Origin: Eledone cirrhosa
Taxonomy: Eukaryota
NCBI GenBank assembly: GCA_964016885.1
Contig: OZ024742.1
Location: 248,558,001 to 248,622,000, forward strand
Direction of reading: 5' to 3'
Length of the DNA stretch: 64,000 nucleotides
In this document: positions 1-13,382 of the stretch, piece by piece
Layout: the number at the start of each line of letters is the position of its first letter
How positions within the stretch are numbered: the stretch's first letter is position 1
Notes under the pieces: generated by a model
Told to the model about the DNA's origin: nothing
Databases searched by the model: none
What the model saw: only the letters and a program-made list of their open reading frames with translations
Translations under genes and position numbers: made by a program

Positions 1-366
1 TCCTACTACGGATATAACCCACCAGTTTTCTACTATATATATATATATCCAGGGAGTGTGACCTGAAGTTACTTTAGGTTCACCCACGTGAGCACTCGAT
101 GTTTAGTTTCACGTCTGTAGAGAGATGTAGAGCTAGACAGAGTGTAAATATAATAATACATGGACAATTTGTTTAGCATGCATTCCGTTTCTTGATTGGT
201 GACGCATGTTTCGCTATTGTCATTAGAACAGAAGAGGTCCGACGACCTTTTGATTCCAGAGTCGGGCCAGAGCGATACAGATCGAACCTTGGCGAAACGC
301 GCGTAACCAATCAATAATTGTAATGAAGGTTTGAAAAATCTTTCTTATATTATTATTATATATGCA

Positions 367-550
367 GTGGATTTGCAGTATCGATAGAGGGTCGGACGCC
401 ATAAAGTTACCTCAAGCATAAAGTTACCTCCCTTTACGATCTGACTTCAAATCCCGCCGAGGTTAATTTTGTCTTTCACCCTTACGGGGTCGATAAAATA
501 AAGTACCAGTAACGTACTGGGATAATTGCTGGCCCTGTGCCGAAAGTAGA

Positions 551-553
<3 letters not shown>
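367..553 (+). mobile_element. tRNA-derived SINE (family S), full-length copy
   Basis: A-box-like TTGCAGTATCGATAG and B-box-like GACTTCAAATCCC, core GTCTTTCACCCTTACGGGGTCGATAAAATAAAGTACCAG, tail GTAGAAAC; matches about 20 other copies in the window. Confidence 0.85.
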
Positions 554-589
<36 letters not shown>

Positions 590-1321
590 TGTGTGTGTTC
601 GGTACTACATTTATCCGTGTGAGTGTAGGATAGGTGATCAATGCACTCATCTGATTGATTTTCGTTAATATATTAAATTGCTATCACCTATGATTCCATC
701 CGTTATAATTGACCAATCCTCTTTTTCCCCAAATGGTTACTTTATTAATCAATAAGTAAATAAATACATAAATATCTTCCTCAACTCTCATTGTGTTTAG
801 GACGGATGAAATGCTATATATGTTATATAACAGACATCTAATCAGAGGTTTATTAGATCCCAACCGTATTTGAAACAGCAACTCTAAACTATTAAGTATG
901 TATTGCAATCACAAAACAGTGACTGATTAAATATGACGAAATAAACGCTTTTGTTTTCATTTTTCTTAATGACTTAATCGGTGAAGTGTGCGAAGCCACC
1001 ATTACGCCATGTCTCTATGTACAGCTTCCGACATAAGTAGATCGGTAAGATGAATGTATTATTGTAGCGCAGACTCGGACTAAATTAATCTAAGTGCGAA
1101 CATGAGCCTCGTTCTGGTGTGAAACATGGCGTTGAATTATATCTACATCATATCACGATGTACAGGATGTGAGGAACAGTACCATCGATTTGGTGAGCAT
1201 GATGCTACGATGCAAATTTCGTAACATCACAAACATATTTGTGACATGATTTTGTCTTGGTACTACCAAGACAACATCAGAAACAATTCTTACAAACCTA
1301 CCAACTTGGTAGGTTTGTAAG

Positions 1322-1505
1322 AATTGTTTCTACTTTTGGCACAAGGCCAGTAATTATGCAAGTGCATTACTGTTACTTTATGTTATCGACCTCGTAAGGA
1401 TTAAAGGCAAAGTTAACCACCTGCGGGATTTGAACTCATACCATAAAAGGCTGTAACTCTTAGCTGCAAAGCATGGCGTCCGTCCCACTACCGATACTAC
1501 CAATC
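1322..1505 (-). mobile_element. SINE family S copy with 15-bp flanking direct repeat
   Basis: Reverse-complement match to family S; TAGGTTTGTAAGAAT at 1310-1324 and 1521-1535. Confidence 0.85.
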
Positions 1506-2044
1506 AAACCTACTTACTGTTAGGTTTGTAAGAATGGGCAGATATTATGAGCTTATCAAGCTCCGAGACCGGAGACATCGATGATGTTTATATTCCGCTT
1601 CAATTTTGGAAAGATATAAGATGAGAGTTCCATGTGTTAGCGAGTGGCAATTATCTGAATAGGAACGAGAGGACTTAATAATTATAGTAGCGGCCAGTAC
1701 AAACGTGGTTACTTTAAAGTTGGGCACACCATACCTTATGAGAGTTGATGGGCATTAAGTGACAGATTTGAAGTGGGCCTGACTTCACTGTTACCAAATG
1801 TGTGTTTTCTTCAAAAGGTAATTGCCAAAAACAAATGCCAGATTCATTGTTATCCAGTTTTTCTAATATATTCCTCAAACTTATTTTCTATATTTATCGG
1901 TCCCAATAACTTACTCCATCAGTTACCATGTTTATAAAAGATACATTATTTATGACTTTCAATTAATTTTGAAAGTAATAAAGAAATATAGGGATTTATT
2001 AATATAACGGGTTACATCATTATTAAGTTTGTGTTTGTCATATA

Positions 2045-2995
2045 CCTTAAGGCCCTAGTAGGATGATATGGTGACAGACAGAGGACATTTCGGTACCAAC
2101 ACAAGCGGCGGATGTCTATGAGACGGGAGGCTGTGGGCGGATGCGTGGGCGCGCGCAAATCTTCGTTGGAAACGTGGTGGTACCATCTGTTGCTGTCGAT
2201 GGGCCTCACCGCTCTGCTATCGATCTTTTTTGCCAGCGTCTTTGTGAGGGTCGAATTTTCTACTTCATAGAGAAGAACGCCGAGGACATATACGTTGTAG
2301 ATACTGAGCCACATCTTTCAGGAAATAAAGAAGTAGTGCCAAAAGGGCTTCTATATGGCATGGCCCTGGCCGCCAGAATACATCTGCCATTGATCTCCGG
2401 GGTCAAGCTTCTATTGTTGGTGACTGCCAAACCCAGATAAATAAAGAAGCTGACACACTTCATGAGGTCGGGCTCAATCCGAAACGGGGGCATCACCGAC
2501 GTGCATCAGCTGAAGGCCAAGGTTTGCTGATTCCTCTCGGTATATGGTCAGTACGTCTCTGAGCTCATCGATTCAGTTGTTGTATAGAGTGGTGTCGTCC
2601 GTGTACTCCTGGTTAGTAAGATGGAACTTCCCGAAAGGAGAACCTGGAATTCGTTCAGAGAACTTGATCATCAGATTATCAATAACACAGTTGAAAAGGT
2701 TGACGTAGCCTTGACTGATGGGTTGTGGTTCATGGAGTGCTTCGTTTCAATGTTGGGCAGCCAGGACTCTATTGATCGGCTTCGTAACAGTTCTTCTGGG
2801 TGGATTGTACGTTCTCTGCAGAATAGTCGAATAATGAAGCTGCCCTCTTGGCGGTGCGCGTCAACGTTAATTGGTAAGCTCCCTAAGAGACCATCCCGTC
2901 TTTGGTTACCCTACCTGGAGCAAGGTTCCAGACGGTAAGGCTCTCTGGGATTTATGGACCACATACACCACCTCACCACGACATGACCAGAGCCA
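2045..2995 (-). mobile_element. Decayed RTE-clade LINE, RT and C-terminal fragment
   Basis: Minus strand reads LTNQEYTDDTTLY (YADD-like), LSIYNVYVLGVLLYEVENSTLT and RWYHHVSNEDLR...IRRLCWY, typical of RTE ORF C-termini; frameshifted. Confidence 0.75.
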
Positions 2996-3028
2996 GGATG
3001 GGAATATATATATATATATATATGTATA

Positions 3029-3157
3029 TAACGAAGGAGTTGTGGTAAGGAACCAGATGGACCATGACGTACCAGAGTACTTAGCGTAGTAGAGTGGGTA
3101 ATAGGAAAAAGTATGACCCCGACGGCAGAGTTCAAGCCGTTTCGACGGCTATTTCTG

Positions 3158-3160
<3 letters not shown>
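3029..3160 (-). mobile_element. PLE-type terminal repeat fragment, family E, between (TA)n tracts
   Basis: ACGAAGGA..GTGGTAAGGAACCAGATGGACCAT...CCCCGACGGCAGAGTTCAAGCCGTTTCGACGGCTA recurs at 7 loci; contains the 3' half of an HHR. Confidence 0.65.
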
Positions 3161-3193
<33 letters not shown>

Positions 3194-3299
3194 TATTTTT
3201 TCAACATTTTGAGCTCTCAATGCTAAAATTAGTCCAATTGCCGACGTGGTATAAGACGTTCGGCTTTTAATCGTGGTCGATATACTTATTGATATTAAT

Positions 3300-3404
3300 A
3301 ATTGTTTCTACTTTTGGCACAAGGCCATCAATACCCAGTACATTACTGGTACTTTATTTTATCGACCCCGTAAGGATGAAAGGCAAAGTTCACCTCGGCG
3401 GGAT
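3300..3404 (-). mobile_element. SINE family S, 5'-truncated, overlapping a local ~76-bp tandem duplication (3375-3526)
   Basis: Tail and core match family S; GATGAAAGGCAAAGTTCACCTCGGCGGGATATTAATAATAATTACTAGAAACGAAG occurs twice. Confidence 0.8.
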
Positions 3405-3939
3405 ATTAATAATAATTACTAGAAACGAAGAATCAATGTAGCATCATAATGATGAAAGGCAAAGTTCACCTCGGCGGGATATTAATAATAATTACTAGAA
3501 ACGAAGTATCAATGTAGCATCATAATGTTGCTATATTGACACTTCGTTTCTACTACTTATTATTATTTTATATATATGTATAATTGTGTAAAATGTTAGG
3601 ATGTCAGACTGGTGAAATGCATCATACAGTTGATTATGTCACCAGAATCTTACGTAACCTGGAATTTCACCAGTCTGGTTATCAGTCGTTTTACTCAATA
3701 TTAAGTCTTTTCTCGCACAACCAACACGATTCAAGATCAATGATGGATCAGTTGCATAACTTCGAGCGATTTTCCTACAATTACATCATGGTTAACTATA
3801 CGAAATAATCAGTTCTATCAGTTCTATCCAGTGGGAACCACCAAACTTGAATGTATATATAGACCTTTCATTTACATATGAAAAATAAGTATTGCGTATC
3901 CACAAGTAACGCGCGTTATATATATATATATATATATAT

Positions 3940-4000
3940 ATAGGAACCAGTAAGACCCCGACAGCTGAGCTCAAGCCGTTTCGACGGCTAATTCTGGACT

Positions 4001-4002
<2 letters not shown>
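3940..4002 (-). mobile_element. Family E short fragment in (TA)n
   Basis: TAGGAACCAGTAAGACCCCGACAGCTGAGCTCAAGCCGTTTCGACGGCTAATTCTGGACTAAA flanked by TA tracts. Confidence 0.65.
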
Positions 4003-4052
<50 letters not shown>

Positions 4053-4379
4053 GCCAATCGCTCTATGTATTCAGCTCCTGATTATTACTGGAATTCTATA
4101 ACAGCTTTTCTCCCAGCCTTTCCCGAAAATAAGTAAGTTAGTCACTACTTTAAAAGTGATAACAAATGGTCTTCTAAATGTTTTTAATTGAACATACGGT
4201 ATATTGCCAAATATACTAATCATACATTCATAGATATATATATGTATATTTACACACACACACATGTATATATATGTATGTATATAAATATGTGTGTGTG
4301 TGTGTTATTCTGTGTCTGTGTGTGTGTGGGGGGGGGGTGTATGTGTATGTTTATGTGTATGTATGTGTGTGGGTTATAA

Positions 4380-4411
<32 letters not shown>

Positions 4412-4641
4412 ATATATTGGGTATAGGATTATGGTTAATTACTACACTGGTTAATTACTACACTGGATATGGTTGACGTACGGTGAGAGGTTACTCTACG
4501 AGTTATGGAAGAATTGTTGAAGAAACTTAGTTCCTGATCCTTCTGTATTCCGGAGTGTATATAAAGAATGAATAATAACAGGTAGTCATCATAAAAAGGT
4601 AATTTATTCCTTTTTATGATGTCTACCTGTTATTATTCATT

Positions 4642-4675
<34 letters not shown>

Positions 4676-4680
<5 letters not shown>

Positions 4681-4882
4681 AACAAGTATAACCCCGACGG
4701 CAGAGCTCAAGCCGTTTCGACGGCTAATTCTGGACTAAATTTAGTCCAGAATTAGACGTTGAAAAGGCTTGAGCTCTGCCGTCGGGGTTATACTTGTTAC
4801 TATTACGCACTCTACTACCCTAAGTTTAGAGTACTTTGGTGCGTTATGGTCCATCTGGTTCCTTACCACTTTTCCTTCGTTA
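4676..4882. mobile_element. Family E inverted pair (palindrome centred near 4740)
   Basis: ...CTAATTCTGGACTAAA T TTAGTCCAGAATTAG...; TA tracts on both sides. Confidence 0.7.
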
Positions 4883-4937
4883 TATATATATATTAATTCA
4901 AAATATTAACAAAAATAAACATTCGTGTGATCAAGCA

Positions 4938-5004
4938 TATTTTATTATACATATTTCAGAGGTACTGAGCTATCTTCAACAGTACGTCCTCATCAGATAA
5001 AATA
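4938..5004 (-). ncRNA. Type I hammerhead ribozyme motif
   Basis: Near-exact reverse complement of 8076-8142: TATTTTAT-CTGATGA-stem II-GAAA-TATGTA-TA-ATAAAATA. Confidence 0.65.
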
Positions 5005-6138
5005 AGATGATGCATGACATACCCTGACTTACTAGCTGGTAAGATTCAGTCATGGTAGTGAATACGGTATGACAAAACTCAATATTTATATACCTTAAGA
5101 TTGAGATATGAAAACATTTACATATAATACAGAGGGTGTCTGTGAGAAAGCTTAAAAATACATAATAGTAATTTACATAACTGTTAGAGATTCAAATGTA
5201 ATTGTAGAAATAGATCAAATTGCCCTCTGCAAAATAATTGTCTGTATAGCAATCAGGTATATAAATGCACCGTAAAAGCAAATAACATCACATACAACTA
5301 TATTGGTGCAACTTCATCGACATTTAAATCAAGATTTTCGAATCACAAATACTCTTTTTCGAATCCTAATAGGAAATCTTCGACTTCTTTATACAACTTA
5401 TATGGTCGTTAAAAAACAAAAATTTAAAATACTCGATTTGTTGGTCGAAGATGTGTAATAGTCGAATCTACTTGAATTCTTCAATATCACCTAACTGCAA
5501 TCTCTGTACTATGGAGACCCTATTAATAATTACTAATTATGAAAATTTAATTAACAAAATAAGCGAATTATTCTCAAATTGCCTTCATAAAGCTTCCTCT
5601 ACATTCCTAGCCTCGCAAAAATCATGAAAAACACTAAATAAATAGGTTCTAATTTTTTACCTCTCTTATCAACTAAGTGCGTAAAATATTATAACAGATT
5701 ATAAAACCTTATAATAATTTTTTATTCATTGATGATATGATTAAAGTTAGATTAAGGGTTCTATATAAATATATAAACATATAGATTGTTAACATGATCT
5801 CTTGATGAATATGAATATCGTTTGATTGTGTAGATACATTTATTTTGATTGGGATTCTTGTATTTTTTTAAATATATAGCTTATATGGTTAACAGTTATA
5901 ATGAACCGTAACCATTCATGCATTTATGTATTTATTCTTTTGGAGTATCTTAGTTTTAAGTTTCAGGACGTTTGATTTATATATTTATATTTATTTATAT
6001 ATATATTTTTGGTATATGCATCGCACTCGATCCTAATCGACAAACTTTTTCCACTTAACTTGATGCAAAACTTCAATTATAATCTTTACTAACAATGATT
6101 GTATTTATTATTTATTATATGTATTTGGATCTAACCAT

Positions 6139-6320
6139 GTGGATTGGCAGCATCGGTAGAGAGTCGGATGCCATGCTTTCCAGCATAGTTACGTCCCTTT
6201 ACGGTCGGAGTTCAAATCCCACCGAGGTTCACTTTGCCTTTCATCCTTATGGGGTCGATAAAATAAAGTACCAGTAATGTACTGGGTAATTGCTGGCCTT
6301 GTGCCAAAAGTAGAAACAAT
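6139..6320 (+). mobile_element. SINE family S with 18-bp TSD, inserted in the PLE body
   Basis: TGGCAGCATCGGTAG A-box, GAGTTCAAATCCC B-box; ATTATATGTATTTGGATC at 6114-6131 and 6319-6336. Confidence 0.9.
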
Positions 6321-7086
6321 TATATGTATTTGGATCACTAATATCGTCTTGAGTTCCGAACAGAATACTCTGTATATATTTGGACAAATGTATATATCTT
6401 GTTTAATAATATGCTTCTACATATATAAGTACTTTAGATACTTAAGGACATTCTAGTGTTAAAATTGTTAAATATCTTCTAAATTATATAACGATTATTA
6501 TTTTTTAATTTAATTAAATTCGGGTTGACTTCGGGTCGATGAAAATCTTAAGTTTTCTCTTTCTCACGTTTGCAGACACTTTAAATGTGAAATTATTCTA
6601 CAATATAAATCCTTAAAAATTTTCTTGTATCTTAAAATTATATAGCTTAGATATTTGGCACCTTTATGATCGCAAACAATTTACTTATTATTTTAAAATC
6701 TGGTTCTTATCCTTATGACTCATGAAGTTTGATTTGTATATTTATAGTATATATGTATTACATGATTCTAATATAATAATTGATCTAAAACCTTAATTTT
6801 AACAATATTAACAGTAACTTATTTATTATATTACATTATATTGTGTATAACTGACCAATGTCGCTTTGAACTTTAGACAATATACTCTGTGTATATATTT
6901 AGACAAATGCGTATATCTAATTCAATAATACCCTTTTTAAAGTCTAATTACAAGGCCTTTAGATACTTTACGGAATTCTAATTGTTAATTTTAAATGTAT
7001 AAAGTTATAACTGTAATTATTTTCTAAATTATATAATGAGAATTATTATTTTAATATAAAAAAAAATGTTTAATATAATATAAAAT

Positions 7087-7271
7087 AATTGTTTCTACTA
7101 TTGGCACAAGGCCAGCAATTACCCAGTGCATTACTGGTACTTTATTTTATCGACCCCGTAAGGATGAAAGGCAAAGTTAACCTCGGCGGGATTTGAACTC
7201 AGAATGGCAAGGGCCGTAACTCTATGCGTCAAAGCATGGCGTCCGACCCTCTACCGATAATGCCAATTCAC
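7087..7271 (-). mobile_element. SINE family S copy
   Basis: Full reverse-complement match to family S. Confidence 0.9.
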
Positions 7272-8075
7272 GTTTGATATGGATTACCTTCGTGAGGATG
7301 AAAATATTAAGTCTCTTCTTTCTCATGTTTGCAAATACTTTAAATATGATTTTATAAATTAAATATGATTGTATACATTAATATTAATATAGATATTTCT
7401 AAATGTTATAGCCTGAAATACCTTTAGATTAATTCATTATTCTGAACTAACATAAATGATTCGAAATTTAACGGTCAGCCGGATATGTATATAATTAATT
7501 GTTAGTATATTTATAATTAACTAAGGACTCGAAATTAAACACTCATATTATTATACCCAGATATATTTAATATTTAGATTGAAGGATACTTCTATATAAT
7601 TCAAAGATTCGAGTTTACTCTTTCACAAAGCTATGCCCAAATGTATATTCATGTATTTATATAGATATATATTTTTTGGCATCATCTAATCACACCCTAT
7701 TCATCCACGACAATACAAATCTCCCTCCTTATGCTTTATAAAATGGAAAAATTGTCCTCCTTGTCTCTCTATCCTTGATCAATTCTCTTTTGTTTTCTAT
7801 ACTTCTAGTAACTATATTTTTTCCTCATCTGTTTCTCTCTGTCTCTCTTCTTTCTTTCTTCTTTCTTTAATAATTTAAATTATTTGAATCTCTAACAGTT
7901 ATGTAAATGACTATTATGTATTTTCAAGCCTTCTCGCAGGCACACTCTGTATTATATGTAAATTGTTTCTTGTCTCAATCTTAAGGTATATAAATATTGA
8001 ATTTTGTCATATCTTATTCACTACCATGACAGAATGTTAACCATCTACTAAGTCAGGGTATGTCATGAATCATCT

Positions 8076-8142
8076 TATTTTATCTGATGAGGACATACTG
8101 TTGAAGATAGCTCAGTACCTCTGAAATATGTATAATAAAATA
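8076..8142 (+). ncRNA. Type I hammerhead ribozyme motif
   Basis: Stem I TATTTTAT/ATAAAATA (8 bp), CTGATGA, stem II GG..TACTG/CAGTA.CC, GAAA, minimal near-palindromic stem III, ATA cleavage triplet. Confidence 0.7.
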
Positions 8143-8294
8143 TACTTGATCACACGAATGTCTATTTTTGTTAATATTTTGAATTAATATTAATAACTCT
8201 GGCAAACCAAACTGTTGAGTGCTTCCAATCTATTGTAAAACTCATTATTTGATTTATTCATTGAACATTGTTTAACCTTTAAATATATATATAG

Positions 8295-8342
<48 letters not shown>

Positions 8343-8485
8343 TTTCCCGATAAACTTACGTTCTACTTCATTTTTTCCCGTTATTTTATATTATTTTATT
8401 TCTTTATATTATTATATATCAGCCTCACTTTCAATTGTTTTAGCCTTAGTTTTGAAATTCATATTTTACGTCCATATTAAATTTT

Positions 8486-8552
8486 CATTCTGATGAGCGA
8501 TTTCAGACGTCTGTGTTTAGCTCGTCTGCCTTTGTGAAACTTTTGGTAAATG
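8486..8552 (+). ncRNA. Type I hammerhead ribozyme motif
   Basis: CATT-CTGATGA-GCGA..CAGACG..CGTCTG..TTGT-GAAAC-TTTTG-GTA-AATG; stem I CATT/AATG, GTA triplet. Confidence 0.6.
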
Positions 8553-8648
8553 GAATGGTTGTCTTATGTTGTTTATTACATAATTAAATAGCTCTGTAGC
8601 ATACATAGACCACTCCGCTTTCCTTTACCATTCCTACGGAAATACTTC

Positions 8649-8699
<51 letters not shown>

Positions 8700-9099
8700 A
8701 ACACACACACACACACATATATATATATATTCTAAATAAATTGATGCTAGATGGCATTTAACTTGGGAAGCTATTTAGGATAACTCATGACATCGCGTGA
8801 CTAGATACATAGCTCTCTATTTACAATGATATATTCAGTATGATATATTCAGCATGATATATTCAGTATGTTGACTCTTAAACATACGTTATCTTTTATA
8901 GCGCACTTCCAGTGTCACAAACGACAACCACTTCTAACATAATTGATTGTTCTCATTCGTCTCCCAGACACAAACAACTGTATCGAATTACCAACACTGG
9001 AATCATAAGTCGATGTTGATTTGTAAAAGACAACATGCCACGTAAGGCAATTGAGTGCACACGTAATATTCTAATTATATATATATATATTTATATATT

Positions 9100-10440
9100 T
9101 ATATATATATATTCAAAGATATTAAATAAATAGAAACTGTATTTATAAAACCGTATTTATTCTATTATATATATTTCAATTGTACCAAAACTTTGGAACG
9201 CTTTCATCAGATAAAATACAAAGTATGTTTTATAAATTTTGACATAACCAAGAAGAATACCTTAACGGTTCAAGTTTTCTTTGGATAGTGAAGGGATAAG
9301 AGAAGAAAAGACAGATATTTCAAATTATTAAGATGAGTATGCAAATGAGGTTGAGGTATAGGGCAGAAAAAAGGTTATTTTAGACGCTATGGAGAATTTA
9401 AATAATTGGGATGTGTATGTATGCGTAGGAAAGAAGAAAAAGGAAGAAGAACTTGTATTTACGTTAATTTAGGGGAATGGTGGAATATGATTCCAGAATT
9501 TAAATTTATTTAGCTATATTATGAGTTATAATATTGTATATAAAATCAATTAGATTATATGAGGAATTATGGTTGTAGGTATTTTTTATCTTATTACATT
9601 ACAATAGGTTATATGTATATAAATATCTATATAGATTATTAATTGTGCATATATAATTATTATAGAAATAGAAATAATTTACTATTATTAGTTGTTTATA
9701 TTTCTAAAATGTGTTAGGCAGGAATTTGATTTTGTATTTTACATAAAAAAGTAGGTGGTTCAAATTTTGAGAGGAGAACAATTTGTAGATTCGAATATTT
9801 TGTTCCAACATTGAAAATGTTTTCAGAATATTGTTAATTTAGCGAAGTTATACAGTTTATCTTACATATTATATTATGTTTATGTTTGCACGATTGAAAA
9901 GGAAAAGACAATTCTAGTCTTGTTTGTTAACCGTTAAATTTGATGAATGATTTATTCAGAAAATATATATAGAAAATTATATATTATTTTGTGTGAGATT
10001 AATTATTTTAGTCGAAAGATGGGTGAAAGTTTGAATATCAAAAGGCGAGGAAAAAACGTAATGTTCATTTCGAAGAACTATCATAAGGAGGATACATTTT
10101 CAGAATGTCAATTAAAGATTATCAATCTACATCTAAACAAATATATTTAGAGGGGTATCATTAGAAAAATAATGTCAGAATTAAAGATATATATTAAAAA
10201 TATATATATATTAAAAAATATATGAGGTAGAAGAAAATAATTCTGTTTTAAGATTAATAGAGTTTTGACAGTTAATTATATAAAAAAAATTTCTTCGATA
10301 CACAGGTTACAGAATCTTGAGAAAGCCATATTTCTGTATGCAGGTGCTTACTGAATCGTTCTCCAAGATATTGAATAGTCAAGATATTGAAACTGCTTTG
10401 AATCAGTTATAAACATTTATATTTGTTGAATTACCAATAT
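9100..10440 (-). mobile_element. Second decayed PLE-like fragment with HHR-bearing terminal repeat
   Basis: HHR-like core at 9161-9215 (minus strand: TTTAT-CTGATGA...GAAA-TATATA-TA-ATAGA); terminus shared with 40265-40440; TA tracts on both sides; body too decayed to translate confidently. Confidence 0.45.
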
Positions 10441-10458
10441 ATAAACATATATGTGTGC

Positions 10459-10526
<68 letters not shown>

Positions 10527-10543
10527 TATATATTAATACAATG

Positions 10544-10575
<32 letters not shown>

Positions 10576-10937
10576 ACTTTATTTAAAGTACTGACAATTG
10601 TTTTGTTGATCAGGTGAGTCTAGAGTTCACTAATCGCTTGAAGTTGCGTCACTCGATCTCCAATATATTATTTACCTCTGGTCAACACATCAGAGTACGT
10701 AGATATACGAAACAATTGTCAGTACTTTAAATAAAGCCCCTTATTTTATAGCCAACCATGTTACTCTTCATTCTTTAACTATTATTACTCCAAGTATAAC
10801 CTGCATAGAAATTACCGCGAACTCGCTGCATGACTATGGAAGCATCTTGTTGAGTCAAACAAAGCCGAACATTAAAACTATCCACGACGCAGAATACTCA
10901 CAACCTCTAACTGGATTACCTATAACGATAACTTGTT

Positions 10938-10975
<38 letters not shown>

Positions 10976-10976
<1 letters not shown>

Positions 10977-11877
10977 TAGCAGTGGTACCTGGCGTTGCAC
11001 GGGATAAATTATTTTGGAACACGGGCCGCCAACAGACGTAATCGTGGAAAAATTGCATGCGTGGACAATATGTAAAGAAAATAAACCGAATACTCTGATG
11101 GCTGGATAAACTTTAAGATTTTCCTCGATGAAGCAGGAAAAATGCAGGTTTTCACTTAATGCAAGCCCTAGGGGATCAAGAAAATGAATTTTTTTATGTG
11201 CATATTATGCCTTGAAATTTCGGGAAAATCGGCTAGACGTAACTCCTCAAAAAAGCCCTAAAAAGCTGAAAACATGAAGTTTTTCACCTTATGCGGGCCC
11301 TAGGCCATAAAAAGTTGGATTTTCTATGCTGACGGTGTAAACAAGAGACTGACTAATACATAGTTGCAATTTTAAGGAAATCTGTCTGACGTAACGATTC
11401 AAAAAACCCCTCAAAACGTGAGAAAAACGCAGTTTTTCAACTAATGCGGGCCCTAAGTGATCAAAAAGTTGAATTTTTGTATGTGCATAACAGCGGTTGG
11501 GTATATCTCGAATTTTAGGGATTCAAACTCACAGAAACACACACACACATACACACACACACACATACACACAGACAGACATACATCCTCAGGGAAGTGA
11601 CGTAATGCAGACATACAGACATACAGATAGATATTATAAGGGCGCGACGTTATATGTATGTATCTACCTAAAAAGAGAAAGACTAAGAATTATGGAGAGA
11701 GATCACTAAATCGTCTAATGCGGTTCCTGGGGCATTGAAAATTTGAAATGTTTTGCTCGGAACACTCACTAAAATATAAGTATTACATGTGTAATGTTTG
11801 AAAACAGTGCTTGTCGCGTTTTAGTGATTCAAACTCATACACACACAGACAGACATCCTCAGTTTTATATATATAGA
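10976..11877 (-). mobile_element. Non-autonomous Helitron
   Basis: Minus strand: 5' TCTATATATATAAAACTGAGGATGTCTGTCTG; 3' imperfect hairpin CCCGTGCAACGCCAGG then CTAG; internal imperfect tandem repeats at 11140-11480; AT/TA target. Confidence 0.7.
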
Positions 11878-11878
11878 T

Positions 11879-12266
<388 letters not shown>

Positions 12267-12605
12267 GGTCAGGTGAGGCATCTGTCTGCTACTGATAGCA
12301 TGCAAACCACTTCAATTACTGTTATGGTCGTGTGGTCAGCGACAAATCCTGCTCCGTTACCAGACACTTTGGTGAATAGGGTAAATGTAATCCCATTAAC
12401 ACAAAAAAAAAAAAAAAAAATACGAGAACTCTTGAAAAGGATTGCACCACGTAATTGGCTGAACAGGGTGATTACGCCTACGCACTTGACCTAAATCAAA
12501 CGGCCAAACAGAAAGCATTGTAAGTAAACCTGGGAAGGGTTCCTTCAAGAGGAATCGGAAGGCCCAGGCTGGTCTTTTTATATAAAAAATACTGTATATG
12601 TGTGT

Positions 12606-12711
<106 letters not shown>

Positions 12712-12941
12712 ATAACCTGATAGTTCTTTCGCTAGTTTGGTATCGTGTGGTTGGATTTTGCCTACCGCAATGTTCAATTTGCCAAGCTATTTAAACGTAT
12801 ATTATTACTCTAAGGACCTAGCCTTATTGAGTGCTTTGCTAACTCATTCCTACTGTAGGGCAACTTTGCTTGGCGACAGCCAAAGCTGAGATTTTACTAA
12901 GCCTCCACTTGTATATATATAATATACACATATGTATGTAT

Positions 12942-13025
<84 letters not shown>

Positions 13026-13027
13026 AA

Positions 13028-13086
<59 letters not shown>

Positions 13087-13094
13087 TTTTGAAT

Positions 13095-13181
<87 letters not shown>

Positions 13182-13382
13182 GTGAGAGATGTCAGCTCAT
13201 AATTTATAAGCTACATATGGCCACAATATCTAGTACATTCAAACCCTGTAATGCATATTGAAGGTTGAAATAGTGAACAATTGCAAATGAAACTACTTTG
13301 CCAACGGGAAGGTGGCTAGTTATAGCAAATACTTTTTTAACTGAATGAGACAAACATACCTTATATATATATACATATATAT

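Larger units (their letters stand above)
4893..8190 (-). mobile_element. Decayed Penelope-like element with inverted HHR-bearing terminal repeats (4893-5200 and 7870-8190)
   Basis: ~300-bp inverted repeat pair; minus strand near 5940-6040 reads RIECDAY..KYINQTS*NLK (GIY-YIG-like, disrupted); two SINEs inserted in the body. Confidence 0.6.

Noticed and set aside
4676-4882. MITE or DNA-transposon interpretation of the inverted pairs
   Set aside because: Arms have unequal outer ends, occur as solo copies and carry ribozyme motifs; this fits PLE-type retro-insertion better, though not proven
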